64,000 nucleotides of DNA from Raillietiella orientalis (taxonomy: Eukaryota). The position numbers were made by a program, and so were the translations under genes. The notes beneath the pieces were generated by a model. It was not told the DNA's origin, ran no database searches, and saw only the letters and a program-made list of their open reading frames with translations. Shown here piece after piece: positions 25,045 through 38,850 of this stretch. Numbering within the stretch: position 1 is the stretch's first letter; the number at the start of each line of letters is the position of its first letter. The DNA lies in contig JAYWIR010000012.1 of assembly GCA_036172245.1 (NCBI GenBank), positions 3,720,001 through 3,784,000 of the forward strand. Reading direction: 5' to 3'.

Positions 25045-26339
25045 CTTTTCTTTTTTTCTTCCCCCTCTCCCTCCCCCCCCTCCTGTGCACGTGTACCACG
25101 CATGAGCTGGGTCTCGTGTATGGGCGCGCTCGTACACACACACACACGGGGTGCATGTTGCGCGTGGTGGTGTGCGCGCACTCGTAGCATACTGTGTGTA
25201 TACTGCAGCATCGGTACGCACTGGCCTCCCCTCCCCGGCTACCTGGATGTGCGTATACACCGTGCGAGTGTACAGAAACTACAGGTCGCATATAAATGCG
25301 TATCAATTTGAGCTGGAAAGCCTGATAAAGTGAGCAAACAAGTGAGTGAGAAACTTGTTTACCTAGGGGATCCGCCTAGCCCTCTCTCTCTGTCTGTCCG
25401 AACAGCTTCGAAATCTCCCGAATCCCAAATTTCCTACGCGCCCGTGGGTTTTTCCCGAACGTCGAGGGGTCGGTGCTTCGGCGCCGGAGGAAAAGAGTTG
25501 CACGCGATGCCACGGAGATGTTTGTCTTCGTGAAAGCGGTGCAACCGCGAGATGCCACACGTAGCCGTCGCCTTCGCGAGCATCGCATTTTCGGGGGGGA
25601 GAAGGGGGGTTTCGGGGATGACCCGCGGACTCGTTTACGTGTTGGCAAGGAATTCGGTCGACGGGAGTTTCGTAGGGAACGCGTCCTTTTCCCCGTTCTC
25701 CAGATTCTCCCTGACGCGTGACGCCGACCAATGCAATGCATGCATTTCCTCTCTCTCGGACGCGGTGCCGGGGTGGAGGGTGGTCCTCGTGTCGTCACCG
25801 GTTGCGTGCCCTGCGGTTCCGAGTGGCGCCGCCGCCGCCGCCGCCTGGCTGTGGTCGTCGTCGTTACTTTCCACCGCCCGCGACGGAGGAGGACGAAACC
25901 GCGGTCTGCGCGTTCTTCGTCGCCGGCGGAACGTCCCGAACGTCAGCCCGCGCGACACGGCAGTTTCGGTTTCAACATTTTCCTTTAGCGAGCCTCGAGC
26001 GTGGCCGTGCAGGAATTACGTGGTAAAAGGCGGTTTCGCTCGCCTTCTCTCCAGAAATCCGGGTTCCCCCGGCGACCGAGGCGAGGGGGCGGCTTGGATG
26101 CTTCCGAGGTGGGTAAAAGGCGACGAGGAAAAGGAAAGCTGCGCGACTTGGCTTCGCTTCTTTTTTTTTTTTTTCCTCTTTGGAAAAGGAAAGAAAGAAA
26201 AGTTCCATTTTGTGGTGCGCTCCTCCCCTACCAGTGTACGAAACGGGAAGGAGCCCTGGGTCAGCAAAGCAGAGTGTGTACACATTCTTTTCAATTGTTG
26301 GTTTTTATGGACGCAATACTAAATGAAACACGCCCGTTA

Positions 26340-27250
26340 CCTGCAGCTGTTAGAATATCGATCTTTTACAGCGCTGGTGTAATCCCATTTCTACTGCCTC
26401 TGGCGAATTCCTCCGGAGGAGTTTTATGTTCCATATTTGGTGCAGATCTTTTGCATTGTTTGCCGAGCAGGGAAGAAAAAAAAAAGAAAGATATTTTTTT
26501 TTGTTTTTTTTTGTTTTCCGTTCATCTTCTTCTTCCCCATGCTGACGAAAGCACTAACACTGACCGTCTTTACAGCATGCATCAGCTGCTTGAAGCTTTT
26601 GAAGGTCATGCATCAACCGATGATGCGACGATGATCCAGGCACGTTTTCGTAAAGGGATATGGGATATCTCGCATTCACAAAGTCATACTTTTGATCTTC
26701 CATCCTGCATCCACGAGTGCGATCTTAGGTTTTTTCCGTCCTCCCCCATCGTGATTGGGGTCAATCGGACGGAATATGTACGTATAAAGAGGGGAGGGAG
26801 GTGGGGAGGAGGAGACAAAGTTCATTCTTCTCGCAATGGGAAGAAAAGAAAAAGAAGAAAAAAAAAGAAGGCTCGAACGGTCCAGTGTATTCGTCTCTTC
26901 CCTCGGTACGTTTCATCGTGCCAGCTTTCCTCCAAAGAATTCGAAATCGATGAATGGGGGGCCAGCAGGACCCCAAATACAAGCACACGTCGGGCGCACC
27001 GGCAGTGCTAAGCGAAATCAATCAGCTGATGAGACAAGAGAAAATTGATACCCTCGGGGGAAAGTGGACTCTTCCACTTCCCTGCAAAGTTGTTGTACTA
27101 TGTTGTACTCGAGGAACATTCCGTTATGCGTCGTGGTCACGAGCGAGTTGTGCGTTGTGCTCTCCGTGATACGCGAAAATGGGAAGGTGATTGAATCATT
27201 GATTTGCGTGCGAGGTGTTCTTTCCTGTGAGTGAGTAGACGCCGGTGCAC
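26340..27250 (+). mobile_element. Decayed piggyBac transposase
   Basis: In ORF 26001-27011: HADESTNTDRLYSMHQLLEAF (HF.DN...DRLYK.RPLL), STDDATMIQARFRKG (S.DE.M..FKGR), RLFPRYVSSCQL...WGASRTPN (LF.DN.F.S..L...G..A.GT.R.N). Downstream, YAKMG at about 27168-27185 (YN..MGGVD). Confidence 0.6.
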
Positions 27251-30200
27251 CTGTGTGTACAGTGATACGAAGTCGGAAATACAGTCGGCGAGGCGAGAAG
27301 AGACTTTTTTTTTTTTTTTTTTCCTGATGGGAGGAGATGCTCGGAAGGAACGGGAGATGCAAAGCGCACGATCGACATTTGAACTCATCTGGTAGAGCGC
27401 TAAGCATGAAGTGAATGTCAGTCAAGAGTTCAAGGTAACGTTTTGCTATATGAGTCCACTTACTGGCGGTGCTCACCGGGTTGCGTACGGTTTCGTGTGG
27501 CTCCGTCCTGGCTCTCTTCGTGTCGTTCTACGGACGGCACGGGGTGCGCGCGCGCGCTCCCCGTGCTGTTGTTGCTTTCCCTGTTTCTTTCTTTGCCTCC
27601 TCTTTGTGTTCTCCCTCTCCCCCTTGGAGATGCTACATGGCAGCAAGCGTGTGGGAATCATTTCGCGGTGCGGATGCTGCTTTGCGCAACTTGGGTGCCG
27701 TCGGAGGAGGCTTTTGTGTTTTGGTTTGGTTTTTGCATTCTGCCCAGTCGTTGCTGCGACGGTGGTAATGCATCCTGCCGTTTTTTTCCCGGTCAGTTTT
27801 CGTCCTCGTAGGTGCCTTTCGTGCAGCTTGACGGTGTGCGCGCCGTGTATCCAAGCTGACAAAAACACACCGGGAACCCGAAAATATAGCGACAGTGTAG
27901 TAAGGCAGCGAATTGATTTTTTTTTTTTTTTCTTCCTTCTTTCCTCCCTCCCTCTCTCTCCTCTCTGTCGATACGTGGATGTGTTTGCTTACGTGTCATT
28001 TGCTCGTATCTTTCATTTTATTAAGAAGAAATTGAAGGTATTAATATGAAATGTAATGACGATAAGGACGGAGACAGACACTCGTGCGTGTAGATTTAAA
28101 TCACGGCACAACTTGAAGATGGCGCTAGCATCGCTGGAAAGTTAATTTACGGCTCGTAGCGCACGGGATGCCTCGCTAACCGATAAGTAGAAATACCCAA
28201 TTGGTTTGTCCCTTAAAAGAAAGAATGAAAGAAAAGAAAAGAAACCTTGAAAACTTTTCACCTGAATTGGATCCATAAACCGAACTCTTTTACAATCATT
28301 AAGAGGACGGTATTACCAATAGCGTATCACCGATACCTCCCAGGTCAGTATTTCTGGGTTTTTTTTTTGGGGGGGGGGAGGGGGGGGGAAGCGTATCGCG
28401 GGAAATTCACCAATTCGGGAAGGTGGGAAGGGGGAGGGGAGGTAGAAGGGAACCCGTTCGTCCGTCGACGGTGTGTGTGTACGCGGACGCCGCCGCAGCA
28501 GCAGCAGCAGCAGAGCGAGCGTCGTGTCGTTGTCGTCGCCTTCCCTACGTGCGCGCGCGCCCCACACGAGTGACTTTCGTTGCCTTGGTTCCCTGCAGTT
28601 GGTTTTATCTGTGGTTTCTGCGTACGGTCCTGTGCCGGAGCCTGTGATGGGCCTCCATCGAAATGAAAAGTAGCACTCTTCGAATTCTTATTCCTGGCAC
28701 TGGGTTTGGAAATACGCTGTGCTTTTCTTTTCTCTTTTTTTTTAAAAAAAAAAAAAATCCCTCGCCGGCAGGGAAAAGCAGTTTTTCATAAATCAGGATG
28801 TGCACATCGTGTATACTACAACCCGTTTCCTTTCTTTCTTTCCTCCTTTCTTTTTTAGCTGTTTATTATTTATACGATTAGCGTTGAGCTCCCGATGAGA
28901 AGAGCAGTCAAGTGGCGTGCTCGGACTCGATCCTATTCGGAGATTTTATTGGTATTCTCAAGGTACGAATCCGGGGCACATCCAGGTCATTATTCGCGAA
29001 ATAGGCAGATTGTTATCTATTGAAAGCAGGGCCAGGCTGCCCGAACCTGTTCCTCGAAGCGATGGGGGGTGAAAATCCCCGCTCGAAATTTCGCCGGGAA
29101 TCGAAATTTTCGCCCGCAAACGTTTTTCTCTTTTCTTTTTTTCTTTTCCTCCCTTCCTCGGCGCCACCGTGGTGATGCAGTTTAGTTTCTTAATACGTGT
29201 TTATATTGAACAACTCACACGTCACACTCACATTGGCTCTCCCGTTTTGCCTCGAGTGTTCCATAAATGAATGTGAGAAAAGTTTTCCAACCTGGAGCAC
29301 GCGCTTTCATGATTTTTGCAAAGCCGGGGAGATTAATGAGCCCGGATCGCCATCGGGCTTCCGAGAGCGGTCGGGTCGCTGGAACGGGACCCGTCGGGAG
29401 TCACCGGCGCGCGCGCGCCGTTCGCGTTGTGGGGCCCTCGTCGCTGGCCCCCAACTTCGGACGCAGCAACCTTCAGGTCGCGCGGGATAAATGCGTCCAG
29501 GGACCGGCTAGCAGCCGGTACAGTAGTCGGCCGATCGGTGGTTCTTCCTCTCCGACCCATCCCTCCTCAACTTTGCGCGCTCGAGAGGGAGGGAGGGGGA
29601 GGGGAACCATCCCAGCCCTGGACGCAGTTGTCACACAGTTGGTGACGCTCCTTGCGCCGCGTGCTGGCTGCGAGCGCCGGTGCACCAATTCGGAACAGCC
29701 TCGCGTTTCGCTTTTCCAGGCCGAGTGGGGCCCCTCTCCCTCCCCACGTCACTTCGTTTGGTTTGCTGGTGCTGTGCTCCTTCCTCGCCCGTTTTCGTCG
29801 CGGCGGCAGCCACCGCCTCTTGGCGCGCGCTGCTCGCTGTGCCATCCTGGTGAATACCCCCCACTTGGCCCTCCCCCCCCTCCCCCCCCCAAAAAAAGTG
29901 CGTCTTCCGCTTTGCGGCTCCCCGTGCGTTGTTTTCTGTCTTTCAGGAACGGCACGTTCTATGACGGCAGCGAAAGAACGGCGGGTGCCGTCCGAAAGCG
30001 AGCAGATTCTCGTGCGCGCGCGCGCGTCTGCGTGTTTGTGTTTTTAATCCTTTTATCCCGTGATCCTAAGGCGGTGCTTGACCATCGCGTTCTTCGTCCT
30101 GCAGTCGATCACTCGCTTAATAGGTTTGCTCCTTTTAATTCGTCTGCCTCTGCTTTTTTCGCAGTTCTTCCCGTTTGTTTTCCAAAGGTGCGGTTTTCTA

Positions 30201-30879
30201 AACTTGCGCTCCGCCGCTTGTGACCTCGGGTTCGCTGGTGGATCCTCCCGAGCGCACTTTTGGCGCCCGTTGCCGATGGAGGAGTTCGCCCTCCAAACAC
30301 GAAGTTTCGTGTTTGAAGTTACCGGCGGTTCGACGTAATCCGTTGCGGTGGCTCAGGGTGACTTTTGGGTGTTGTTCACTCGAAAACTTCTTTCTGATGA
30401 CGTCGATCTTTTACGGCCTTGTGAGATGGTGGTATTTCGGGAGGAACGATTTTCTTCGCTGTTTTCATTCATGCGTTTGTTTTTGGTTTTTGTTTGTGTG
30501 TGTGCTTCGAAGTGGTTATCATGCTGCACACGACGACCCCCCCTGGCAGTCTTTTCGCTGCTCTGTTTCGTGTTGTGTTGCACGTGTTGAAGAAGAGGTG
30601 GTGTGTTGCGTCGAGTACCTCATTCGTTTTCATACCAACAGAAGCCACTTCTTTTGATCATTTTGTGCTGCATTTCATTGATATTTTTGTGATTTATCCC
30701 TTTGCTCTGTAATTTCCTTTTTCTGTGTGTTTCCCGCTTTCTCCCGTTCTATAAACGCTACGTTGTTTGCTCTGCACCGTTTCAGGTGTTTACATAATCA
30801 TCACGTAAAGCATGATCTCACTCACTCCTCCCGTTCATGGAGTTTTCCTTTTCTTTGTTCTCTGTCTTTCCTCCTCTGC

Positions 30880-31300
30880 TTTGTTAACACAAATGCTGTT
30901 GGCTGCGAAGCGAGCGTTGCATTCGTGGTAGACGACCCTCTTTACGGGAATCGGAGTGGCATCTTGGAATACCAGTGAAAGTAAAGTGGCGGGATAAAAT
31001 CGGGAGCAGGAATCGTGGAGTGGATTTCAGGTTTATGTTTCGCATCTCTGTCGGGGGACAAGCCGCTAGCATCCTTAGGAAGCTTGGAAAAAGACTTCCT
31101 CGAGCTCTGAAAACGCCTGCAGCGGTCGAGAAGCGACCGTCGTCGTGGTCAGCAGCTAAGAGACACTTGCAGCCCGCTCAGTGTCGAAGCCGGGGTCGAA
31201 GGAGGAAGGTCGCCGAAACCTGTACGGCCTCAGGGCATCGAAACAGACAAGCAGAGACGGCAGCACCCCTTCCGAAGCGCACAGTGAGAGAGGTTCAGCT
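30880..31300 (+). mobile_element. Possible piggyBac transposase C-terminal relic
   Basis: VVDDPLY (GVD..DQ..Y), KVKWRDKI (KWY.K.F), FRISVG (FRL.VA), HLQPAQCRSR...ETCTAS (cysteine-rich tail). Confidence 0.35.
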
Positions 31301-32575
31301 CCTTGATTTTTCCGATGCTTCCGTGATCACTTGATGACGGGCGCACACATGCATGAGAAGCGTCGCCTTGTGCTGATCCCTATGAGCCGAGATGAGACGG
31401 ATTCACCATCTGGACCTGTTAATTTGCAGAGCGTTCGGGAAAAGCGGATTTCCGCGAGCAAGAGATGTGGCGCGATCAAAGCGTATGAGAATTCTCAGGG
31501 CATCCGCGCAGACTTGAGTTTGCAAAATGCTCGCTATCAGTTGGCTTCGAGACGAGAAAGATAGAGAGAGAGAGAGAGATAAAGGAAAATAAAATAAAAT
31601 AAAATAAGAATAAATGCGACAGCTGAGAGACAGAGCTTTCGAAGGCACCATTAATTTGGAGAGCGATTTCGGGTCTAATTGAATATCCCTATCGCTTGTT
31701 TGAATAAAACTTCAAACTGAATCTCCTGGCGAACGATTCCTTTGTGGATCTTGAGCATCGGGTTAGCTTATCATTTCTGATTCAGAAGTAAACTGTTACT
31801 ATGTATATCGTTTCTGTCCGATTGTTTCCCCAAGGGTTACCTTTTTCCATGTCTCATCGCTGATTAGAAGGCAGCTATGAAGGAAGAAAAAAAAAAAAAA
31901 AAAAAAGAGAGGAAAGAAAGAGAGACAGAGAGAGAAATACAAAGAAAACAACAGCAACAAGGACAAACAAAACAAAACACTGATGTGGCTATGATGATGT
32001 GGAAATTAGAAACTGGCAATAAAAAGTCGGAGTGTCGTTGGCATGGGAACTGCGTACTCCAAATGCATCCAGGAGCCGATCTGAGGAACGAGAAGGCAGA
32101 GGCAAAGCAAACAGCCAAGGATGCGGAATTTGTTAGGGACGTCACGCTTCCTCGAAAATGAAATGATGTCGAGTTTCCTTTTTGGATTGGACGTAGCCAG
32201 AAACGTAGGGACTAATCTGACAAAGAACCAAAGTTTGCTGGCAACCTAATTGAAGAACATGCTCTGGAGAGTAAAGCAGCTAAGTGCATCCCATGCAGAG
32301 AAGATATAATCATCCTGTGAGATAGATAGAATAAGAAAAGTGTAATGGCGCATATTAAGAAGTTATTCGGTAGTTCACTGGGACCAGATTAATAGGGCGA
32401 GATAAGCACGATTAGTTTTTAACATTGCATCGGACTTTCTGAGCGTGGAACGCTATTACTCTTATGCACTGGCATCCGAAAACCGGCATTCCTAAGAAAT
32501 TTTCGCTGCTGGATCCAAACTTGACGATCAGGGATCGCGCTGCTTGCCCGCCCAAGTTTGGAAATGGTGCGCGCA

Positions 32576-32605
32576 GGAGGAGGAGGAGGAGGAGGAGGAG
32601 GAGGA
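32576..32605. repeat. (GGA)n microsatellite
   Basis: About 10 GGA units. Confidence 0.9.
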
Positions 32606-32649
32606 AGAAGAGGGTTGGCTCATCAAGCCAAGTGGTGGCGGAGTGCTGC

Positions 32650-34200
32650 TTCCCGGGGAGCGACTGTTTTCACACGGCGCATTGGAAATTCAGATCGCGC
32701 TGCACAGGGGCTACATCTAGGAGCAGGAAGCGAAACTACGGAAAGGCCGGAGCATCAAGACCTTTGTGCACTCGATACAGTCGGGAGAGAGAAAAATCCT
32801 CAAGCAAAAACTCTCCGGAGCGTATTTATCAGCCCTTCGTTTCACGGCAAAAGGCAGCACCGCGCTGCATCGAATTTTTTTCTTTTCTTTTCCTTTTTTG
32901 CTTTCTTTCTTTCTTACTGCACAGCTGCATTTTGTCTAAATTCAGCATTCTTTTTCTTCAAGTTACGTTTGCTTCGGTCCGGAGAGATTTAGCAATTGTG
33001 AGCGAGCGACAGTTCCAGCAATATTGTGCAGTTGGAGTGTGCAATTAAATGCGGAACGGAACACCAGGTCATAATGGAAGAAGAGCGTCTCTCGAGGGCA
33101 GTGCACAGAACGCTGTTACCAAACAGCAACACCTGTGTGGACATTTTCGGGTCATCGTTTTCGGGTGCGGATTCCAGAAGCAGGATGGGCTCCAAGAGTA
33201 GACGCAGTTGTTGCACGTCGCCGCCGCCTCTCAGGAAAAATTTGCGAACGTTTCGGGGCTGCTGCAAAGCAGCGTGCGGACCCGCGGAGCTCTCGAGGAG
33301 CGAGCTGCAACCTGCTGGGACGCTGATGACCGGAATCCAATGCGCGAAGACCGAGCACAATGTCGTCGCGGTTACGCTGGCTGGCGGCGCTCGGAACAAA
33401 ATTTGAAACATTGAAGAGGGACGGAGATGGATTATCGCCGCGAAGACCGACACCATCGCGGATGAAATCGGAGCCTGCGTTTTTCCAGCTGGTAAGCCGG
33501 AGAGGGGAGGGTCTCTTGCGAGGAGAAGTTTGTGCCAGCGCAACATCGCGGACAAGTTGGGAAGTATTTTCGGCAAAGTTTAGATGGGCTCCAAGACTCT
33601 ACAGTTTGAGATTTCATCGAGATTTCAGCACACCCGGGAGAGGGAGGCAGAACTGCTTGTTCATTCGGCCGCCAGTCATGTAAACCGCGGCGCAGCACGT
33701 CAATCGTCGTACGTGTCGGGTGCGTTGGCCACGTGGCTGTCCAGGAAACTCTCTGTTCCTGCGGAAGATGAATGTTAACGACCTGCGACATCCCGCGGTG
33801 GGTGGGAAAGGTGGTAACCTGACTCGTCCACCTTCGCTCATCCGGACGTGGATCGCCCGCACGTTTCGTTTTCGCGGCGCGTGCAGCTTTCCCCTTCGCC
33901 TTCCGTCGATGTGTGCCGCCGCCTTCCGTGGCACAAAACTGGTCGTCCACGCGCGTTACTGCGATGCTGGCGGCGACGTATTCCGGTCTCAGGTTGCCTG
34001 CTCCTCGTGCAAGTTTCTTCAGATCGCATTTCCCGAACACGCCGGTGTAGGGCAGAGGCTGAACCTGCTTTCGCCTTCGCAGGCATCCTGGGGCTTGGCT
34101 TCTCTCCGTGGTCATGGATTGCTCTGCTGCTTCGGCGGGCCTCGTCTCCACTTTGCATTCCCTCCGATCTGAAACTTCCGACTCAGCGGCCGCCAGCCGA
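32650..34200 (-). mobile_element. Decayed hAT (Ac/ZBED1-like) transposase
   Basis: Minus strand in order: QPLPYTGVFG..LKKL...LRPEYVAAS (QP.S.VE..GF..L...P.Y..PS), DERRWTS (D.WTS), TCCAAV (C.AH), DVQQLRLLLEPI...PKMS (EW..L..L...L.PF...PT.S). Confidence 0.55.
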
Positions 34201-35049
34201 TTCGGAATCTTTCTCCTGGCAAACATCTCCCGATCTTCCACTGAGCTCTTTGGGTACGATTGCATTGTTTCCCCGTTTTTCACGCATCTCGGCGGAGGAG
34301 GAGGAGGGAAGGGGGGGGGGGAAGAAAAAGAGATGGAGTGTAATTCTTATCGCCCAGTCTCACTTGTAATCGCAGCTCATTTCTTTTTTTTGTGTGTGTG
34401 TTTTTTTTTAAATCGTTACCGATGGTCGAATTTTTGTGGTCACTTGCATGCGTTCCGGAAACGATTTTGACACGGAGATATCGAGTCCTTCCCGGTTAAC
34501 CTTAGAAAAATTCCTCGTCGTCCCGAGTATGTTTTTTTCATCGAGTTTGCAGCTGTTTGTTCACGTGTGCCTGCGTGTCGCTGAGCTGTACGCATTCTTG
34601 GAAGTCAAACAAGTTTTTGAACCCTTATCAGCTATTTACCTTTCTAAGAAGAGGGAGGGAAGGCCAAAAAGAAAAAAAAGATAGAAAGAAGGAAAAAAAA
34701 AAAAAAAAAAAAGGCCAGGAACAGAAAGAGGATGAAATTAATGAATCCAGCTTTGTATTGCAGAGAGAAAAGCTTATTGATGTGAGCATCATACATGCGT
34801 AAATGAAAAATATATGGGATCGAATTGATCGCCGCGTGTGTGCTGCCGCCTTTTCGCACTGTTCCGAGAACTTGAAAATTTGTTATGAGAATTACGAAGG
34901 ATCAGGTGTGAGGTTCCTTTTTTTTTTTTTTTTTTCCTTTTTTTTTTCTTTTCTTCCTTTCCTGGTTTGCATTCGGCTAAAGAAACACACTGTAATTTGT
35001 TGCGCGGTTCTGCCAATGAGAACGAGTTGGGGGCCATTTTGCTGCATGC

Positions 35050-35580
35050 TCGCTGTGATGAGACTTTCTAATTTCCGAATCCGATGGCTTTGGGCCGCTC
35101 GAACTGGATGGCCTTTTTCTTCCTCCGACTTTCCTTTTGTCTCCCTCCAGGTTTCTCCCCCTCTTCGTTTTTTTGCAGCACCTGTCTCAGGCATTTCTTC
35201 GCGTTACAAGTCTTCGCTGGATGCGGATGCAGTCTATCGGTCGGACGCGCGTGGGATGTAAATATGCCGTCAAATGGACGTAGGCAGTGGTAAATCACAG
35301 TGGTAGCAGTACTGGGGCCGTCCGCCTGGCTTCCAGGCAAGCTGGTCGGTCGCGTAACCCTGGTGGTGAGGTTCCGGCGAATCCCGATTGTACTTCTCTT
35401 TTTTGTTTTGCGTCGCGAGAAACTAGTCAGCAGAGCGCTTGTACCATTTTTGTCCAGGAAGAGCAATGTCGGACGTTGGCAGAAAGTTCTCAGTGGGAAT
35501 GCATGAGGAGGAAGGCTTCCTTGTAGTTGACTCTTGCTGCTGCATGCGTTTCTTTCGATTAGGATCGCTCCGTTTCCCAA
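35050..35580 (-). mobile_element. Decayed pogo-type (DDE_1) transposase fragment
   Basis: ORF 35068-35580: QRPTLLFLDKNGTS (RP.LL.LDGH.SH) and HCLRPFDG (H.LQPLD). Confidence 0.5.
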
Positions 35581-36299
35581 ATAATTGATTTTGCGATAAA
35601 AGATCGAGACCAGTGTAGCCAGGAAGGAGATCCGCTTAGAAAAAAAAAATTATATATATATATATATACACATTATGTACGTATGTATGTGTATGAAGAG
35701 CATTATGCTGATTTGCCCCTTTCGAGGCGCCATTTTCTATCTGTTTATTTAGTAACAGTCCTGTTTAGTGAGTATAATTCAAATCAAACATATGGTTATC
35801 ACGCGCAAGGTAAAGAGTTGAGCACTCTGTTGTCCAGGTAATGAGTTTCGGCGCTTGCTTTTGGACCGCCACAGGATTCTCTGCTGCCGTATGCGGGGGG
35901 GGGGGGAGGATCGCGTTGCAGATATGACTGGTAAACATGTCACTTTGGAATCGGGTTTGTCGTTACCTGGGCAACTCCTGCCGGCTTTCCCGCGGAGCAC
36001 CACCGTACAAGGCGAGGCCCCCTGACGCGGGGAGGCGACCGTCGATGGCAAACCGGGGTTCCCACGGACCTGCTGCAACTGCCGTGTTGCCCCAGCAAAA
36101 AGTGGCGTGTTGCTCCATGAAAGAAATGCGGATCTCCTCTTTCTCCACCTCTCTCTTTTCTTCAAATGTTTACTTGGAACGTTTTTTTCTTTCTTTCTTT
36201 CTTTCTTCCTTCCCCCCCCCCCTTCCCCCCCACGCAAACGTCGGTGCCTCCTGAGTTATTAGTGATGTTTCAGACAATCAACACCATAAGCACTGCGCG

Positions 36300-37530
36300 C
36301 GCTTTCTGCGTTTGCAGTTCCACCGCGACGGTTGTGCATCTGCACTGTTGTTTCAAAAGTGCAATTGGCTGGTTTTCCCAATACGTCTTCCGCGCTTGCT
36401 TCAGTACCGCTGTTCGCCGACACGGTGGTCGAGAACGCGCCCTGACGACTCGAGTGAATGTGCTCGACAGAAGTTGATGGAGCATACACGGAAGAGGCGT
36501 GTGTGTATTTGGCTGCACCTTCTGAGGGCCCCTAGAACTCCGCTGTCCCCGAGGCGTTTCATTCCTATCTCTTTTTGATAACTCTTTAACAGATATACTT
36601 GGGACAGATTAGGCGAGAAGCCGTCTTCATTCTTTCCTGTGCTGGCCATCATCTCCCGTGCGGGAGTGTTGCTGTCTTGGCTGCCTCGAATCGCGACCAT
36701 CGCTCAAAAGTCCCTTTACCGATGCGCAGTCGCCCCTGTCGAAGCCCGGTTTGAGTCTGTTGTCTCACCGGACGGGTCATCGGTCGACCGCAGCGGAACC
36801 CGTTCTTCGTGCTGTGCGCGTCCGTGGTTTGCTGCTGCGACCTTCTAGCGAGCCTTTCTCCGTCGGTTCCCGCGGAACTCTGCCTCCTCCAGCTCCTTCT
36901 GAGGCGCATGTTTCTTGGCGCCGTCACTTTCGGTGGTGGTGGTCCCGCACGGCATCGCCATCGGAGGGGGGGAGGGGGCATTCCGACCGCGAACTGCTTG
37001 GAAACGGTACACGGGAGAGCTTTTTTTTCCTTCGTGAAGAACGCAGGGCATCTTTCGGGGGACGTCTCCGAGACCACTCCGTAAATAGGGCAAGCGATGG
37101 TCGTCGGCTTGGGTTGTGTTTTGCCGTTGTGCCCGCTGTTTCCTGGAAGCGGAAGAGACATACTGCTGAGTACATTCTGCTGCACCCGACGCATCGTCTC
37201 ATCCACTGCAAGGGGACATCGCCTCGATTCGCTCTCGTGGGAATGCACGGATTTCAACGTTTCCGAGAAGTTGTGCCTCGGATTAAACAGTCGTCAGTGC
37301 TTTCCCATCAGCGGTCGTTCTTTAAAGCTGCAGCATGTCGATTCGTTACTTTGGACCACTTTGTGCTGATGATTTTACTGCCAGACGTTTCACTCCGTAC
37401 GGTCCTTCGTGGAATGATGATTATTGAATGCTTGTCGACGGATCGGCTGGCTGTTCTCTCCCTCCCTCTCCGTTTCTCTCTGTCTGTGTGTATGTCTGTT
37501 AATTGTGGCTGAAGAACCACGTAAATCCAG
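36300..37530 (-). mobile_element. Decayed piggyBac transposase
   Basis: Minus strand: LFNPRH...PLAVDETM (LFK.RP...LS.DE.M), AFFT (DNFFT), PCTVSKQFAVGMP (GTVR.NR.G.P), AVDR* at about 36780 (GVD..DQ), and a C-terminal RPPC...RKTYW remnant. Confidence 0.5.
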
Positions 37531-37699
37531 TCTGTTGCTGTCCGATCGGTGCTTCGTTGGGCGAAGGAGCATTCATCCCTGCAGTCAACGTCGTCGCGAG
37601 CTCCTCCCGGATCCGTGTGCGCTGCTTCTTGGCGCAGAAATGCGGGGGAGCGAAGGTGGCCGAAATGGTTGCGCATCCGGAGGCAAAAAGCTTCCGTTC

Positions 37700-38850
37700 G
37701 CCGGAACGCCGACGCTCATGACTGCACGGCGATCAAACTGGAAGTCCTCGGAGCCGACGCGATGATGCAAGCAGGCGTCATCGGGGGAGCTGGTGCCTCG
37801 CAGTTTGCAAGGTCCCCGCCGCGGTTCATCACGATGCATCCCCTATTTCATCCGATTGCTCCGCGCAGCTCTCCTTGCGCTCGCAAACAAAACAAAACAA
37901 ACACGCGTTCCTAACCACTCTTGGAGGAGCATCTCGTTGTCTAGTGGGGTTCGCATCGTGTCACGCATGATTTTCTGTGTTGAGATGAAGAAAGCCAGAT
38001 CACAAGTTTTTTTCCTTCTTCCTTTTGCCCGGGAATTCTCCATTTTGTTAGCAGCAACAGCAACGCGCTCTGGCCCCCCGTATCGTGCGATGAAGTCACC
38101 GCGTGGCATCGCCTGCACGGAGTGCTTGGAGACGAAAGAAAGGATTTTTATTCGCACAGGACCTAAGTTCGCCCTGTGCCGGGAGCGAAGTCGGCGCTCG
38201 TCATCTCGTAATTATCGCGCCGCGCGGTCTCGCCATTGGAGTCAGTCAGTCGGTCTTTGTGCTCCATTCTTTTGTTCTTTCCTCGAGGTAGCGGCGTGCA
38301 TATCTGTGAATTCCTGAGCCTCCTTACTCCCTCCCTCTTTCTTCTCCCTTTGTCCTCCCCTTTCCAGCAAATTTCAAGCTCATATCGAGTGACGGATGCA
38401 CTTCTTTGCGGTCACAACGCGCAGGGAACTCTCGTGCCAGCATCTCGCAATGCCTTACGCCTTTCGGGCGCAACAAGATGGGGAGGGGGGATCGCTTGCC
38501 GTGCTGTCCGCTCGCGAACATCCCGGGTCGCGGTGTGCCGCGCGCGCACCTTCCTCTCCTTGGACCGCGGTCTGCATTGCCGAGCGGTTCCTTTTCCATT
38601 CTTCGCAAGTTCCGTTTCTCACCATCCGCGTTTCCCTTATCTCTCCGCGGCTGTACCACGCGAACGCTCGAGGAAGTGGCGAACCGCACAGAACTTTCTC
38701 GAAGGCAAACAGTTTCTTCCCCCTATCTTCAGAGTTTCCGCTCGCCTCCTCGCAGGGAACCGAGATTCCGTCCGTCCTCCGGCCGGGGTTCGTTCCGGGA
38801 AGCGCTAACTTCGTGCGGAACCCGTTCCCGAGCAGCACTGTTCCTCCACT
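37700..38850 (-). mobile_element. Possible decayed pogo-like transposase
   Basis: RYGGPERVAVA (T.G.EK...TV), LDNEMLLQEWLG (WM...LM.EWL), DFQFDRRAV (LQPLDV.V), with a weak CENP-B HTH-like remnant upstream. Confidence 0.35.
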
